Notes: a model not told the origin generated them from the letters alone. A stretch of DNA of 63,724 nucleotides from Nitrosopumilus sp. (GCA_029860565.1 JAOUAY010000001.1:1-63724), one strand, 5' to 3'. Numbered from the stretch's first letter, positions 40,762-49,849 are shown. Program-made: numbers and translations.

Positions 40762-40985
40762 CGTGGATTTCTGAATTTTGGAGTTAGCAAAAGAAAGAAA
40801 AGAATGGTGAAAAATTCTCATTCTATGTTTAAGCATTTAATTAGAACAAAGATTATTCGGATCTGAACAAATGAGTCCAATTTTTGATGACAATAATTTT
40901 GAAATTATAACACTAAAGTAAAAGAACTCATAATTCGTATTGTGCTTGAGTAAAATAAGCAAAATGTAATAGCTGAATCCTCTTC

Positions 40986-41063
40986 CTGTATTCATTTTTA
41001 TCCCCAATTTGATAGGTGAATCCCCCGTGGACCCATATCCTTTCTTGGAACAAAGATTAAACT
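40986..41063 (+). repeat. Copy of degenerate intergenic repeat upstream of bioF
   Basis: ttcatttttatccccaatttgataggtgaatcccccgtgga. Confidence 0.75.
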
Positions 41064-41120
41064 GAAAAATGACCCCGATAAGAAACGATTTTACACATGC
41101 CTAATTTCAACAAATAATAA

Positions 41121-42254
41121 GTGACCTCCAAACATAAACTGAATTTTATTGATTTAGAATTACAGAGTCTAAAACAAAACAACCTCTATAGAGAATTGCG
41201 ATATGGGATTTCTAGCGGTTCACAAATTACTATCAATAATAAAAAACTCCTCAATCTTTGCTCCAATGATTACCTGGGCATACCTACGACAAAAATACAA
41301 ATCGGCCAATTACAGTCAAGCTCCAGGCTGGTGTCAGGTAATGATGAATCATATAAAAAATTAGAAGACAAGCTTGCAAAACACAAGTCACATCAAAACA
41401 GCTTAATTTATCCAACAGGATACATGGCAAATCTTGGAGCAGTTTCAGCTCTAGCAAAAAAAGGAGATTTGATTCTCAGTGACGAGTTAAACCATGCAAG
41501 TATAATTGAATCCTGTAAATTATCAGATGCCAAAGTTTCAATTTACAAACACAATGACATGGAAGACTTGAATAAAAAATTAAAACATAAAGGAAAAAAT
41601 AAGTTTGTAATAACTGAAGGAATATTCAGCATGGATGGTAATCTATCATCGTTAAATCAAATTGCAGAGATATCAGAGAAATCAAATGCAATTACAATTG
41701 TAGATGACGCTCATGGGGATTTTGTAATTGGAAGAGATGGAAAGGGAACCCCAGATCATTTCAGAGTTGCAAAAAAAATTGATTTGTATATTAGCAGTCT
41801 AAGTAAAGGATTAGGATCATTTGGAGGGTACATTTCATCACAAAGCAATGTAATTGATTTATGCATAAACAAATCAAAATCGTTTATCTACACTTCTGCA
41901 CTTCCTTCATTTTTAGTAGAGCATTCCATGAAAAGATTTGAATCAAACAGACAAAAACAAAAGATAAAGCTAGAAAAAAACACCAAACAAATCTCAAAAG
42001 GACTCAGACAAATTGGCTATGAGATAAATTCCAATACACAAATAATTCCAATAATTGTCGGAAATGAGAAATCAGCCATGGATTTTGGAAAATTTTTGTT
42101 TGATAATGGAATATTTGCACAGCCAATTAGATATCCAACAGTACCAAAGAATCAGGCAAGATTAAGAATTTCAGTCACGGCATGGTTGTCATCTAAGGAT
42201 ATTGAAAAATCACTTGAAATTTTTGAAATAGCTTATAAAAAATTCTACAATTAA
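41121..42254 (+). CDS. bioF: 8-amino-7-oxononanoate synthase
   Basis: SNDYLG, SSRLVSG, GYMAN, NHASI, DDAH, SLSKGLG, IRYPTVP. Confidence 0.92.
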   Translation: MTSKHKLNFIDLELQSLKQNNLYRELRYGISSGSQITINNKKLLNLCSNDYLGIPTTKIQIGQLQSSSRLVSGNDESYKKLEDKLAKHKSHQNSLIYPTGYMANLGAVSALAKKGDLILSDELNHASIIESCKLSDAKVSIYKHNDMEDLNKKLKHKGKNKFVITEGIFSMDGNLSSLNQIAEISEKSNAITIVDDAHGDFVIGRDGKGTPDHFRVAKKIDLYISSLSKGLGSFGGYISSQSNVIDLCINKSKSFIYTSALPSFLVEHSMKRFESNRQKQKIKLEKNTKQISKGLRQIGYEINSNTQIIPIIVGNEKSAMDFGKFLFDNGIFAQPIRYPTVPKNQARLRISVTAWLSSKDIEKSLEIFEIAYKKFYN

Positions 42255-42355
42255 CGCATAGCGTCAAAGCCACCAAGTGCAGGTGAACCGATAAGTACAG
42301 CAACCACAACTGTAATTCCTAAAACTATTCCAACAATAATAAATCGCTTATTCAT
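42251..42355 (-). CDS. 34-aa single-TM microprotein
   Basis: Manual: MNKRFIIVGIVLGITVVVAVLIGSPALGGFDAMR. Confidence 0.55.
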   Translation of the reverse strand: MNKRFIIVGIVLGITVVVAVLIGSPALGGFDAMR

Positions 42356-42451
42356 ATCAAAAATAATTGCACCCCAGTTAAAAATTGATTGTGTTTAGAT
42401 AAGGTAAAGAAGTGGAAGAATGTTTTAAAAGGAAAATTAGGAATTTGTATC

Positions 42452-43183
42452 ATGGCAGACCCAACAATACTTGTGGCATTACTTGCAGGTCTAAGTTCAT
42501 TTATTGCTCCATGTATTTTACCAATGATTCCAGCTTTTCTTGCATACATATCAGGAACGACAGTTACAGAGCTTGGGTCCAAAAACGGAACTGTCCTTTC
42601 GATTAATAGATTAAACATAGTACTAAACACCGTATTTTTTGTACTAGGGTTTTCAGTTGTGTTTTCTACTCTGGGTGTTTTAATCAACAGTGTTCTTTCC
42701 AGTACAGCTGGTGAATTTACGGAGAGCCTTAACTTTGTGGGAGGGATCATAATTGTTGCTTTTGGTATCTTTTTGCTGCTATCCACAAAAATTCGTGCAT
42801 TAAATATGGAAAAGAAATTCTTTCCAAGAAATTCAAAGTCAAGTTATCCAATGTCTTTTGTGTTTGGTTTAGCATTTGCAGTAGGATGGACACCATGTGT
42901 AGGTCCAATACTTGGGACAATACTTACTTTGGCAGCCACTACCCCATCCATTTCATTTAGTTTACTACTTGCATATTCACTAGGTCTTGGAATTCCATTT
43001 GTCTTGATTGGAGTATTTTTCTCAAGAGCCACAAGAATTATTCGCTCAATGTCAAAACATCTCAAATACTACAATGTAATTTTAGGTGCATTCATAATTA
43101 TTTTAGGAATTTTGGTATTTACAAATCAACTTGCTTATATTGCAAATTTTCCACTTCTTAACGAGTTGGTTTTACTAGGGTGA
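42452..43183 (+). CDS. ccdA: CcdA/DsbD-type thiol-disulfide transporter
   Basis: SFIAPCILPMIP and WTPCVGPIL; start at MADPT. Confidence 0.9.
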   Translation: MADPTILVALLAGLSSFIAPCILPMIPAFLAYISGTTVTELGSKNGTVLSINRLNIVLNTVFFVLGFSVVFSTLGVLINSVLSSTAGEFTESLNFVGGIIIVAFGIFLLLSTKIRALNMEKKFFPRNSKSSYPMSFVFGLAFAVGWTPCVGPILGTILTLAATTPSISFSLLLAYSLGLGIPFVLIGVFFSRATRIIRSMSKHLKYYNVILGAFIIILGILVFTNQLAYIANFPLLNELVLLG

Positions 43184-43187
43184 TCAT

Positions 43188-44294
43188 ATGAAATCAGAGA
43201 TAAAGACTGCATTAATTTTAGGTATCGTTATTGCTGTAGGGGTAGGGATTTTAGGTGTGGTCTTTGCATCACTTGATGAAACAAAGTCGACAAGTACACT
43301 CACAGAAATAGATGCACTTTTGAAAATTGATAAATCAAGGTTCAAGGTTGCCCCAGATTTAGTAGGGATTGCACATTACCTAAACACAACACCAGAAGAA
43401 TTAACTGAAGAGATAAAGGATAAAGTTGTACTGTATGACATTTGGACATACAGCTGCATCAATTGTGTCCGTACATTACCATACATTACTGCATGGAATG
43501 ACAAATATGCAGATCAAGGATTGTTAATAGTAGGAATTCATTCGCCGGAATTTGAATTTGAAAAAGATCCAAAAAATGTCGAGATGGCAATTGGCAAATA
43601 CGGCATCAAGTACCCTGTTGTTTTGGATAATGATATGAAAACATGGAAAGCATTTGAGAATAACTATTGGCCAAGAAAGTACATTGCAGACCATGAAGGA
43701 TACATAAGATATGATCACATTGGAGAAGGCGACTATCAAAAAACTGAAAAAATTATTCAACAGCTTTTAGAAGAAAGGTCCACATCATTGGGAATTGAAA
43801 TGACATCAAATGCACCATTTGTAGACATTGAAGAGTTTGAACATTCGATGTTTAGGACACCCGAATTGTATTTTGGTTACAAGTTTGCACAAAACAGAAA
43901 CCAGTTAGGAAGTGAAGAAGGATTTCAGCCAGGAAAAACCATCTCATATTCAGAGCCAGACAACATAGATTTACACAAATTCTATCTAACAGGCCATTGG
44001 AAAAATCATGAGGACAGCATGGAGCTAATATCTGAAACTGGAACCATCAAGATGCTATACAATGCAAAAGAAGTAAACATTGTAACAGAAAATGATGCAA
44101 AATTGGAAATATTTTTGGATGGGGAACCAATACCAACAGAATATGCAGGAAAAGATATCACGTCAATCAACACACTGCAAGTTACAGAAGCAGGCCTGTA
44201 CAACATCATTAACAGTGAAAGCAGTGCATCCCATGTAATGGAGATAAATGTGACTGGAGAGGGCTTTCAAATCTTCACATTTACCTTCGGATAG
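43188..44294 (+). CDS. Membrane-anchored redoxin (DipZ C-terminal-like)
   Basis: WTYSCINC, GIHSPEF, YWP, RTPELYFG. Confidence 0.88.
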   Translation: MKSEIKTALILGIVIAVGVGILGVVFASLDETKSTSTLTEIDALLKIDKSRFKVAPDLVGIAHYLNTTPEELTEEIKDKVVLYDIWTYSCINCVRTLPYITAWNDKYADQGLLIVGIHSPEFEFEKDPKNVEMAIGKYGIKYPVVLDNDMKTWKAFENNYWPRKYIADHEGYIRYDHIGEGDYQKTEKIIQQLLEERSTSLGIEMTSNAPFVDIEEFEHSMFRTPELYFGYKFAQNRNQLGSEEGFQPGKTISYSEPDNIDLHKFYLTGHWKNHEDSMELISETGTIKMLYNAKEVNIVTENDAKLEIFLDGEPIPTEYAGKDITSINTLQVTEAGLYNIINSESSASHVMEINVTGEGFQIFTFTFG

Positions 44295-44326
44295 TGTAAC
44301 CACACTGTCATGTAACCCCAGTTACA
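44295..44326. promoter_or_regulatory. Tandem 16-bp TGTAAC-N4-GTTACA boxes upstream of cdvB
   Basis: Perfect box at 44311-44326, degenerate TGTAAC-CACA-CTGTCA at 44295-44310. Confidence 0.5.
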
Positions 44327-44387
44327 GTATCTGTGAGGACAACTCTGTTAAAAGTAAAAAATTCAACAGAACATAGGAAACTAAAGT

Positions 44388-45038
44388 ATGATCAGTGACT
44401 CTTGGAATAAAACAGATGGTGAATCAATAACTCAAAAAGTAATAGGCAAAGTAAAGCCAGAGGAACCAATTAAAAATAAGATTAATTTTGCACAAAAAAA
44501 ATTACAATTTCAAATTTCAAAACTAGAAGTAATTAACGAGAAATTACAGAAAAAACATGACACGATATTTGAAAAAATAGTTAACGCTCAAAGAAATAAC
44601 AAGCCCAGTTATGCTCAAGCATATGCTGGCGAACTAACACAGGTTAGAAAGATGAAAAACATGGTAGGCGGAGCAAAATTGTCCATGGAACAAGTCAAAC
44701 TCAGACTAGATACAGTTTCAGAATTGGGAGATGTGGTAGTAACACTTAGTCCATGTATGGCAATCATCAAAGGACTAAGTCCATCATTGAGTGGAATTAT
44801 GCCTGAAGCGAATGCGTCAATGGAAGATTTGTCACAAATACTTGGTGATGTTATGTCAGGATCATCAGTAAATGTTGCAGACAATATGAACGTGAACACT
44901 GCAGCAAGTGCAGACACGTTGGCAATCCTGGAAGAAGCACATAGTGTGATTGCAGGACAAACACAATCAGCAATCCCAGATGTTCCAGATACACTCAAAC
45001 GACAAATAGTTGAAAGAAAGTCAGATATATTCATCTAG
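44388..45038 (+). CDS. cdvB: ESCRT-III/Snf7-family cell-division protein (CdvB paralogue)
   Basis: Helical hairpin with A..YA.EL..VRK and EQVKLRLDTVSELGDVV. Confidence 0.85.
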   Translation: MISDSWNKTDGESITQKVIGKVKPEEPIKNKINFAQKKLQFQISKLEVINEKLQKKHDTIFEKIVNAQRNNKPSYAQAYAGELTQVRKMKNMVGGAKLSMEQVKLRLDTVSELGDVVVTLSPCMAIIKGLSPSLSGIMPEANASMEDLSQILGDVMSGSSVNVADNMNVNTAASADTLAILEEAHSVIAGQTQSAIPDVPDTLKRQIVERKSDIFI

Positions 45039-45311
45039 AAAAATTCAAAAAAATATTTGACAAAATCATGTTGAATGTTATTTTTAATGTGAAAAAATAA
45101 AAACACACTATTTCCAAAAATATCCAACACATGTACTTCATCATATTGAAGTACACCAGGGATCTCAAAAACAGATTACAATTTTGGACTTGTTGCAGAA
45201 ATTGGAGGATGAAACACGCAGATGAGTTCAAGAAGAATTACAGACAAATTACTCCAGAAAATATACTTGAAACGATTTAAGGATATGTGGATTATGCTAA
45301 GTTCAATATTG

Positions 45312-45370
45312 AGATTTTATTAACAAAACGGGTTCAAATTTCACTGGGAGCACGACGTGTTTGGGGATAT
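45312..45370. repeat. Composite repeat: motif2 followed by inverted motif1
   Basis: ttttattaacaaaacgggttcaaa then reverse complement of tatccccaaacacgtcgtgctcccagtgaa. Confidence 0.45.
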
Positions 45371-45397
45371 AGTTAGGCGTTAAGAAATCGTACCCAC

Positions 45398-45778
45398 GTG
45401 GAAAAAAATCAAAAAAGGATTTTTTTAATATTGTCAACATCAATGATTGGTAGTATTCCGTTGAAGAACTATAACTCAATCAAAGACAAAGTCGAACAAT
45501 TCAAAGAGGTAACAACTAGGCCAATGTTTGGCTATCAATGTTATTCCATATCAAAAAAATTCTTTGTAGGGTTTAGTAACAAAAATGATTTTCAAGTAAT
45601 TATAAGACTACCAAAAGAAAAACAATCCGATGCGATCGTTCATGAGGCAATAAAACCGTTCTCACATGGTGCAAAAATTGGGTGGATTGAGATTGATTCT
45701 AAAAATATTCCAAATTCAAGTACTGCAATGAAATGGATTACTTTGGCATATGAGTATGCTCAAAGTCTTTCAAAGTGA
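45398..45778 (+). CDS. TfoX-N/YjbR-like small protein
   Basis: RPMFGY..Y....FFVG, PF, GWIEI, W...AY pattern; real start probably downstream. Confidence 0.6.
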   Translation: MEKNQKRIFLILSTSMIGSIPLKNYNSIKDKVEQFKEVTTRPMFGYQCYSISKKFFVGFSNKNDFQVIIRLPKEKQSDAIVHEAIKPFSHGAKIGWIEIDSKNIPNSSTAMKWITLAYEYAQSLSK

Positions 45779-45858
45779 TTAGAAGAATAATACAAAAAGA
45801 AAAAAATCTCTGAGATTTTGAATCGTTTATTTTAAAAGTTACAAAGTAAAAATTTTCG

Positions 45859-46500
45859 TTAGTTTTCATCGTAGAATTTGTTGGCAAAATCATAACAATT
45901 TTGAAGATATTTCTTCAAAAATGGCTTCATGTCTAACTCCCGTATTGCGATTTCAAATTCTATCTGAGATTCAAATTGGTTTTTGAAATAGGGAGCCATA
46001 CGAAATAACTCATCAATATTCTCTACATCCTCAAATTTTTCTTTCTTTAGAAAATAATCTAGTGTTCCTTCTAATCTTCTTTCATACACTTCTTTTGATT
46101 TTCCATCTTCTTGTTTGAAGAGATACATCTTATTCCCATCAAGTTCCTTGTGTGCTATGTTATTTCTTTTTTGTATGAAATATGACATCAAAGGATCTTC
46201 CATCAATTTTTCATATTGCTTAGCATACAATTGGTAAAAACTTTCTATTTTATCATAATTCGGATGATCTAAAAGTTGTTTAATTCGTTTTTTATTATTT
46301 TTAAAATCATTTGTCTTTATTTTAATTTTTAATGAAACCAGGAAATCTTGTATTACATAATCCAATGAAGACCTGCAGGTAATAACAAAAGCATTAAGAT
46401 AGTATTCTGGAATCTCACTGTCTTCCTTATAGTGAATGAATAATTGATCTAGAAAATATTCTGCTTCACGTAATTTTATTTTGAAAGTTTTGGGTTTCAA
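45859..46500 (-). CDS. HEPN-domain putative ribonuclease
   Basis: EAEYFL N-terminal helix, YYLNAF...RS..DY, RNNIAH (Rx4H). Confidence 0.6.
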   Translation of the reverse strand: MKPKTFKIKLREAEYFLDQLFIHYKEDSEIPEYYLNAFVITCRSSLDYVIQDFLVSLKIKIKTNDFKNNKKRIKQLLDHPNYDKIESFYQLYAKQYEKLMEDPLMSYFIQKRNNIAHKELDGNKMYLFKQEDGKSKEVYERRLEGTLDYFLKKEKFEDVENIDELFRMAPYFKNQFESQIEFEIAIRELDMKPFLKKYLQNCYDFANKFYDEN

Positions 46501-46653
46501 TTATATATATTAAAATTATTTTTACTCCCTAATATGATTACATCAATGTCAATAAACACAAATTATGATTATTTTTTAATAGTCTTTAAAAAATGAATTT
46601 CTAATTTATGTAACAAAGGTTTAATGAACACTTTGCTGATTTTTTAAATTAAA

Positions 46654-46758
46654 TTAATTCCAAAAATGTTCTTTCATGACGTGTTGTTCCAACTTAGAGA
46701 TAGGTACTATTTTTCCACAGGTTTTACATCGAAATAATTCGGATTCATTTTCAGGCAT
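46654..46758 (-). CDS. 34-aa C2H2 zinc-finger microprotein
   Basis: Manual: MPENESELFRCKTCGKIVPISKLEQHVMKEHFWN. Confidence 0.65.
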   Translation of the reverse strand: MPENESELFRCKTCGKIVPISKLEQHVMKEHFWN

Positions 46759-46762
46759 TCTA

Positions 46763-46922
46763 TTATTGTTGATTATGTGGATGACAAAGACACTGACATT
46801 TCTCACCAGTACACAAATCATGTTTATTCATGATGCATTTGGAACTAAAATCACGTAAAGGAGTCTGTTTCCAGATCGAATTATTTTCTACAACGGTTTC
46901 ATCAACTTTTCAAGGTCTTCAT
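46763..46922 (-). pseudogene. Frameshifted Cys-rich microprotein (one extra A)
   Basis: Span is 53 codons plus 1 nt; repaired reading MKTLKVDETVV...KCIMNKHDLCTGEKCQCLCHPHNQQ. Confidence 0.45.
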
Positions 46923-47098
46923 GTAACGTTAACGTGATTACTTTTGGTTTAATTTAGATAAAAAGAGAATCGACATTTTCCTAAGGTAGATGCCACATGT
47001 GGAAATCGTAGTTTCGTAATCCTATACAACATATGAAATTAGACTTTGGTATGCAATGTATACGCCCAAGTTATACCAAAAGTATGCATAGAAATAGT

Positions 47099-47425
47099 AT
47101 GCAAGCATTACAATCAACATACAAAATAGAAGAAGACGTAAAAAATGAGGCTCTTCTCTCAATTGTCGCAGACAAATATTGCAGATTCATCCTTGAAGCC
47201 ATTATGGATATGCCAAAATCAACAATAGAGATAGCCAGTGAAAAAAAGATTCCTCTTAGTACCGTATATAGAAGAATCCAGACTCTTCATGACAACAAAC
47301 TGGTTCAGACATCTGGCACGATTACGGATGAAGGAAAGCGACTCTTTTTGTACAAAAGCAGGATCAAGGGAATCAAAAGTAAATTTGAAAGCGGTAAGAT
47401 TGGTGTTGAGTTGATTCTCAATTAG
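47099..47425 (+). CDS. ArsR-like winged-helix transcriptional regulator
   Basis: ADKYCRFIL, KSTIEIASE..IPLSTVYRRIQ.L; ORF track extends to 47033. Confidence 0.85.
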   Translation: MQALQSTYKIEEDVKNEALLSIVADKYCRFILEAIMDMPKSTIEIASEKKIPLSTVYRRIQTLHDNKLVQTSGTITDEGKRLFLYKSRIKGIKSKFESGKIGVELILN

Positions 47426-47528
47426 TCCCTTTCTAGTAATCCATAGGTATCATTCATAATCTTGTATAGGATTATGTAAAAATTAATTATAAAAAGATAG
47501 AAAAATATTGAGAAAAAGAAAAAATATT

Positions 47529-47750
47529 CTACTTTCTCAACTTCAATGCCATTTTTGCAGCTATTGCCCAAGACATCACAGTAAATCCAATTGGGAATAT
47601 CCCGCTTGTTAGTATCTGTGGTACTTGTTCTATTGCAATGCTTCCACTGGAATACATTGCTGCTGCTACTGGTAAGGCTACCAGTCCGACTACTCCGAGT
47701 TTTGTCTTTGTGTGCTCGGAGACTTTTTGCTGTATGTTGTATGTACTCAT
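47529..47750 (-). CDS. 73-aa two-hydrophobic-segment protein with basic C-terminus (procoat/pilin-like layout)
   Basis: KTKLGVVGLVALPVAAA leader-like segment; GIFPIGFTVMSWAIAAKMALKLRK. Confidence 0.7.
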   Translation of the reverse strand: MSTYNIQQKVSEHTKTKLGVVGLVALPVAAAMYSSGSIAIEQVPQILTSGIFPIGFTVMSWAIAAKMALKLRK

Positions 47751-47814
47751 TGTAATCGTATAGTGTAAGGGGACTGCAGTACTTAGAATGGACCTAACTT
47801 TTTGGGATCAATTT

Positions 47815-47881
47815 ATTCAGGAAATGAATTGAAACACTCACAATGTAGTTCAGTAATTGAACTTTTGTTCATAAATTGAAT
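47815..47881. promoter_or_regulatory. Three 15-bp palindromic boxes RTTCA-N5-TGAAY
   Basis: 47815-47829 ATTCAggaaaTGAAT, 47848-47862 GTTCAgtaatTGAAC, 47867-47881 GTTCAtaaatTGAAT. Confidence 0.7.
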
Positions 47882-47973
47882 TTAGCAGACAATACAGATC
47901 AAAAAAACCATGTAGTTTATAGAATTTAAAATAAAAATAATTATTTTTTTAATTCCCTCTGAATATTTTCAGA

Positions 47974-48588
47974 TTATTTTCCCATTGATTTATTTTTTTT
48001 AACATTAGGGCATGTCTCCATACCCTCTTTTTTACAAGTACTTTGAATAAATCTGTCAAAGTCATTTTCGTCAAATAACTGCCATCCCATCTTATGTATG
48101 TCCAAGTCATATGACCTGTAATCCTCTATAATATCTCCAAACCAGGCCCGATAGAGATCCTCTTCTTGTTGTGCTTGCTGGTGGTTATTGAAAAATTTTA
48201 GTTCTATCCAATCAATATTGCCGTTAGTTCTGGCTGAAAAGTCACAATACGGAGCATTTGTAAGATATTCTTTCATTGATTCCACCCTTGTCACAAAGTC
48301 CTTTGGAGATGTGAACTTTACAGTGACAAGACGTAAAATTGGCATGTTAACTTGGTTTAGATCAACCATTGTGGTATAACCATGAATTACATTTAGTTTT
48401 TCCAGTCTTGCTATTCTCTTTCCTATTCCTCGCTCAGACATGTTTGTTCCCAGATCTGCAAGTTTTTTTACAATCGTTCTTGTGGAATCCCTTGCATTTG
48501 CAATAAGCAAGTTGAGTATCTGCCTGTCAATATTATCAATTACAATTTCTTTCTGATTTTTCACGGTTACAGGTTGAGTCATTGTCAT
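47974..48588 (-). CDS. Lrp/AsnC family transcriptional regulator
   Basis: IDNIDRQILNLL..NAR, RIARLEK..VI.GY, RAM-like C-terminal domain; ATG start at 48588. Confidence 0.85.
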   Translation of the reverse strand: MTMTQPVTVKNQKEIVIDNIDRQILNLLIANARDSTRTIVKKLADLGTNMSERGIGKRIARLEKLNVIHGYTTMVDLNQVNMPILRLVTVKFTSPKDFVTRVESMKEYLTNAPYCDFSARTNGNIDWIELKFFNNHQQAQQEEDLYRAWFGDIIEDYRSYDLDIHKMGWQLFDENDFDRFIQSTCKKEGMETCPNVKKNKSMGK

Positions 48589-48632
48589 GATTTGAGCAAT
48601 TAGTTTTAAAGAATTCAAAGATATTCAGGAAC

Positions 48633-48678
48633 GTTCAAAAAGTGAACTAATCTTGTTAAAAAAATTCATAATTTGAAC
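48633..48678. promoter_or_regulatory. Two RTTCA-N5-TGAAY boxes upstream of the Lrp/AsnC gene
   Basis: 48633-48647 GTTCAaaaagTGAAC and 48664-48678 ATTCAtaattTGAAC, 31 bp apart. Confidence 0.7.
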
Positions 48679-48742
48679 AAATGTATCTCTGAAAGTATAA
48701 TGCATCCTAAATAATTCCAATGAATAATACTCTCGAAATCAA

Positions 48743-48967
48743 ATGAATACACCACAAGAAATGAAAGAAAATCTCATCATGGAGGAATACTATTCATTTC
48801 TTTATGATTTGGCCACAAAGAAAAACTATGGACATTCGTCACAACTAACATCAGAAGAAAGAAAATATTGTGAAAGATTACTGTCCCATACCAAGTCAAA
48901 ATACAAATCTAATGAATTGTACCTACCACTGATGAAAAACATTCTAAGATACCAGAATGTAAAATAG
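48743..48967 (+). CDS. Hypothetical protein
   Basis: 74-aa ORF. Confidence 0.55.
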   Translation: MNTPQEMKENLIMEEYYSFLYDLATKKNYGHSSQLTSEERKYCERLLSHTKSKYKSNELYLPLMKNILRYQNVK

Positions 48968-49261
48968 AAACAATGTGTTAACTGTGAAAAAATTAAATAA
49001 AAAAACACACTTTTACAACCTTTATCATTTTCAATTTTTTTAATTTCTGTATGATCTTAGATAAGATGCTGTCATCGTATACACCATAAGGATATTTTGC
49101 ATCATCAGTAGTAAGATTATGCAATAATTTTCAGACCGACATGTGAAATAATTTAGAATTAAAGATAGATTCAATTATAATTCACAACATAATTGTACAT
49201 ATTTTGTATCAGTGTATCATATTAAGAAATATCAAAGAAACAAAATCAATTGTTTAATAGG

Positions 49262-49603
49262 TCATTTTGATTTTTTTTTACTTTTTTCAACCAAAATTTT
49301 CTTTATTCTAGAAATTGTCGGATAGCTGTATCCACGTCTTCGATAATTTGCAATCATCATCTTCCAATTCTTTAATCTCCACTGAGCTTGTTCCATAGTT
49401 ACGGAATGCACCTCTTTTTGAATAATGCTTTTTCTGCCCACCTTTAAGGTTCCAGCATCTTTTGCAGACCACCGATTCATTGCAAATTTTAATCCTGAAA
49501 GGATTTCATCTACAGGCATTTCTTTAAAATAATCTTTGAGTTTCTTTAGTTCATCATCTGTGGGTTTTTTAGAAATCGGTAACTCGATAATTGGTTTTTG
49601 CAC
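49262..49603 (-). CDS. Basic hypothetical protein
   Basis: 113-aa ORF. Confidence 0.65.
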   Translation of the reverse strand: MQKPIIELPISKKPTDDELKKLKDYFKEMPVDEILSGLKFAMNRWSAKDAGTLKVGRKSIIQKEVHSVTMEQAQWRLKNWKMMIANYRRRGYSYPTISRIKKILVEKSKKKSK

Positions 49604-49690
49604 AAAAATTTTAGATGATCATACTTTAAGAGAATCTTGCTAAGCTAGAATTAACTAAAATAGGAAATATTAGAAACGATCCAATCAATC

Positions 49691-49810
49691 CTAACAACCT
49701 AAAGGAATGTTTGAATTTTTGCATAAAGTCATGTATATCCCAAATCCAATAATTATTGCTGCAAAGACAGACAACGGAACCAGAAGAAAAATATTGGTTT
49801 TACGACCCAT
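49691..49810 (-). CDS. 39-aa single-TM microprotein
   Basis: Manual: MGRKTNIFLLVPLSVFAAIIIGFGIYMTLCKNSNIPLGC. Confidence 0.55.
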   Translation of the reverse strand: MGRKTNIFLLVPLSVFAAIIIGFGIYMTLCKNSNIPLGC

Positions 49811-49849
49811 AATGGAAAGTGAGTAGCAGACTATAAAATTGTCACATTG

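Noticed and set aside
36348-41120. Canonical integron attC sites
   Set aside because: No clear RYYYAAC...GTTRRRY-bounded hairpin and no intI in the window; kept only as cassette-like
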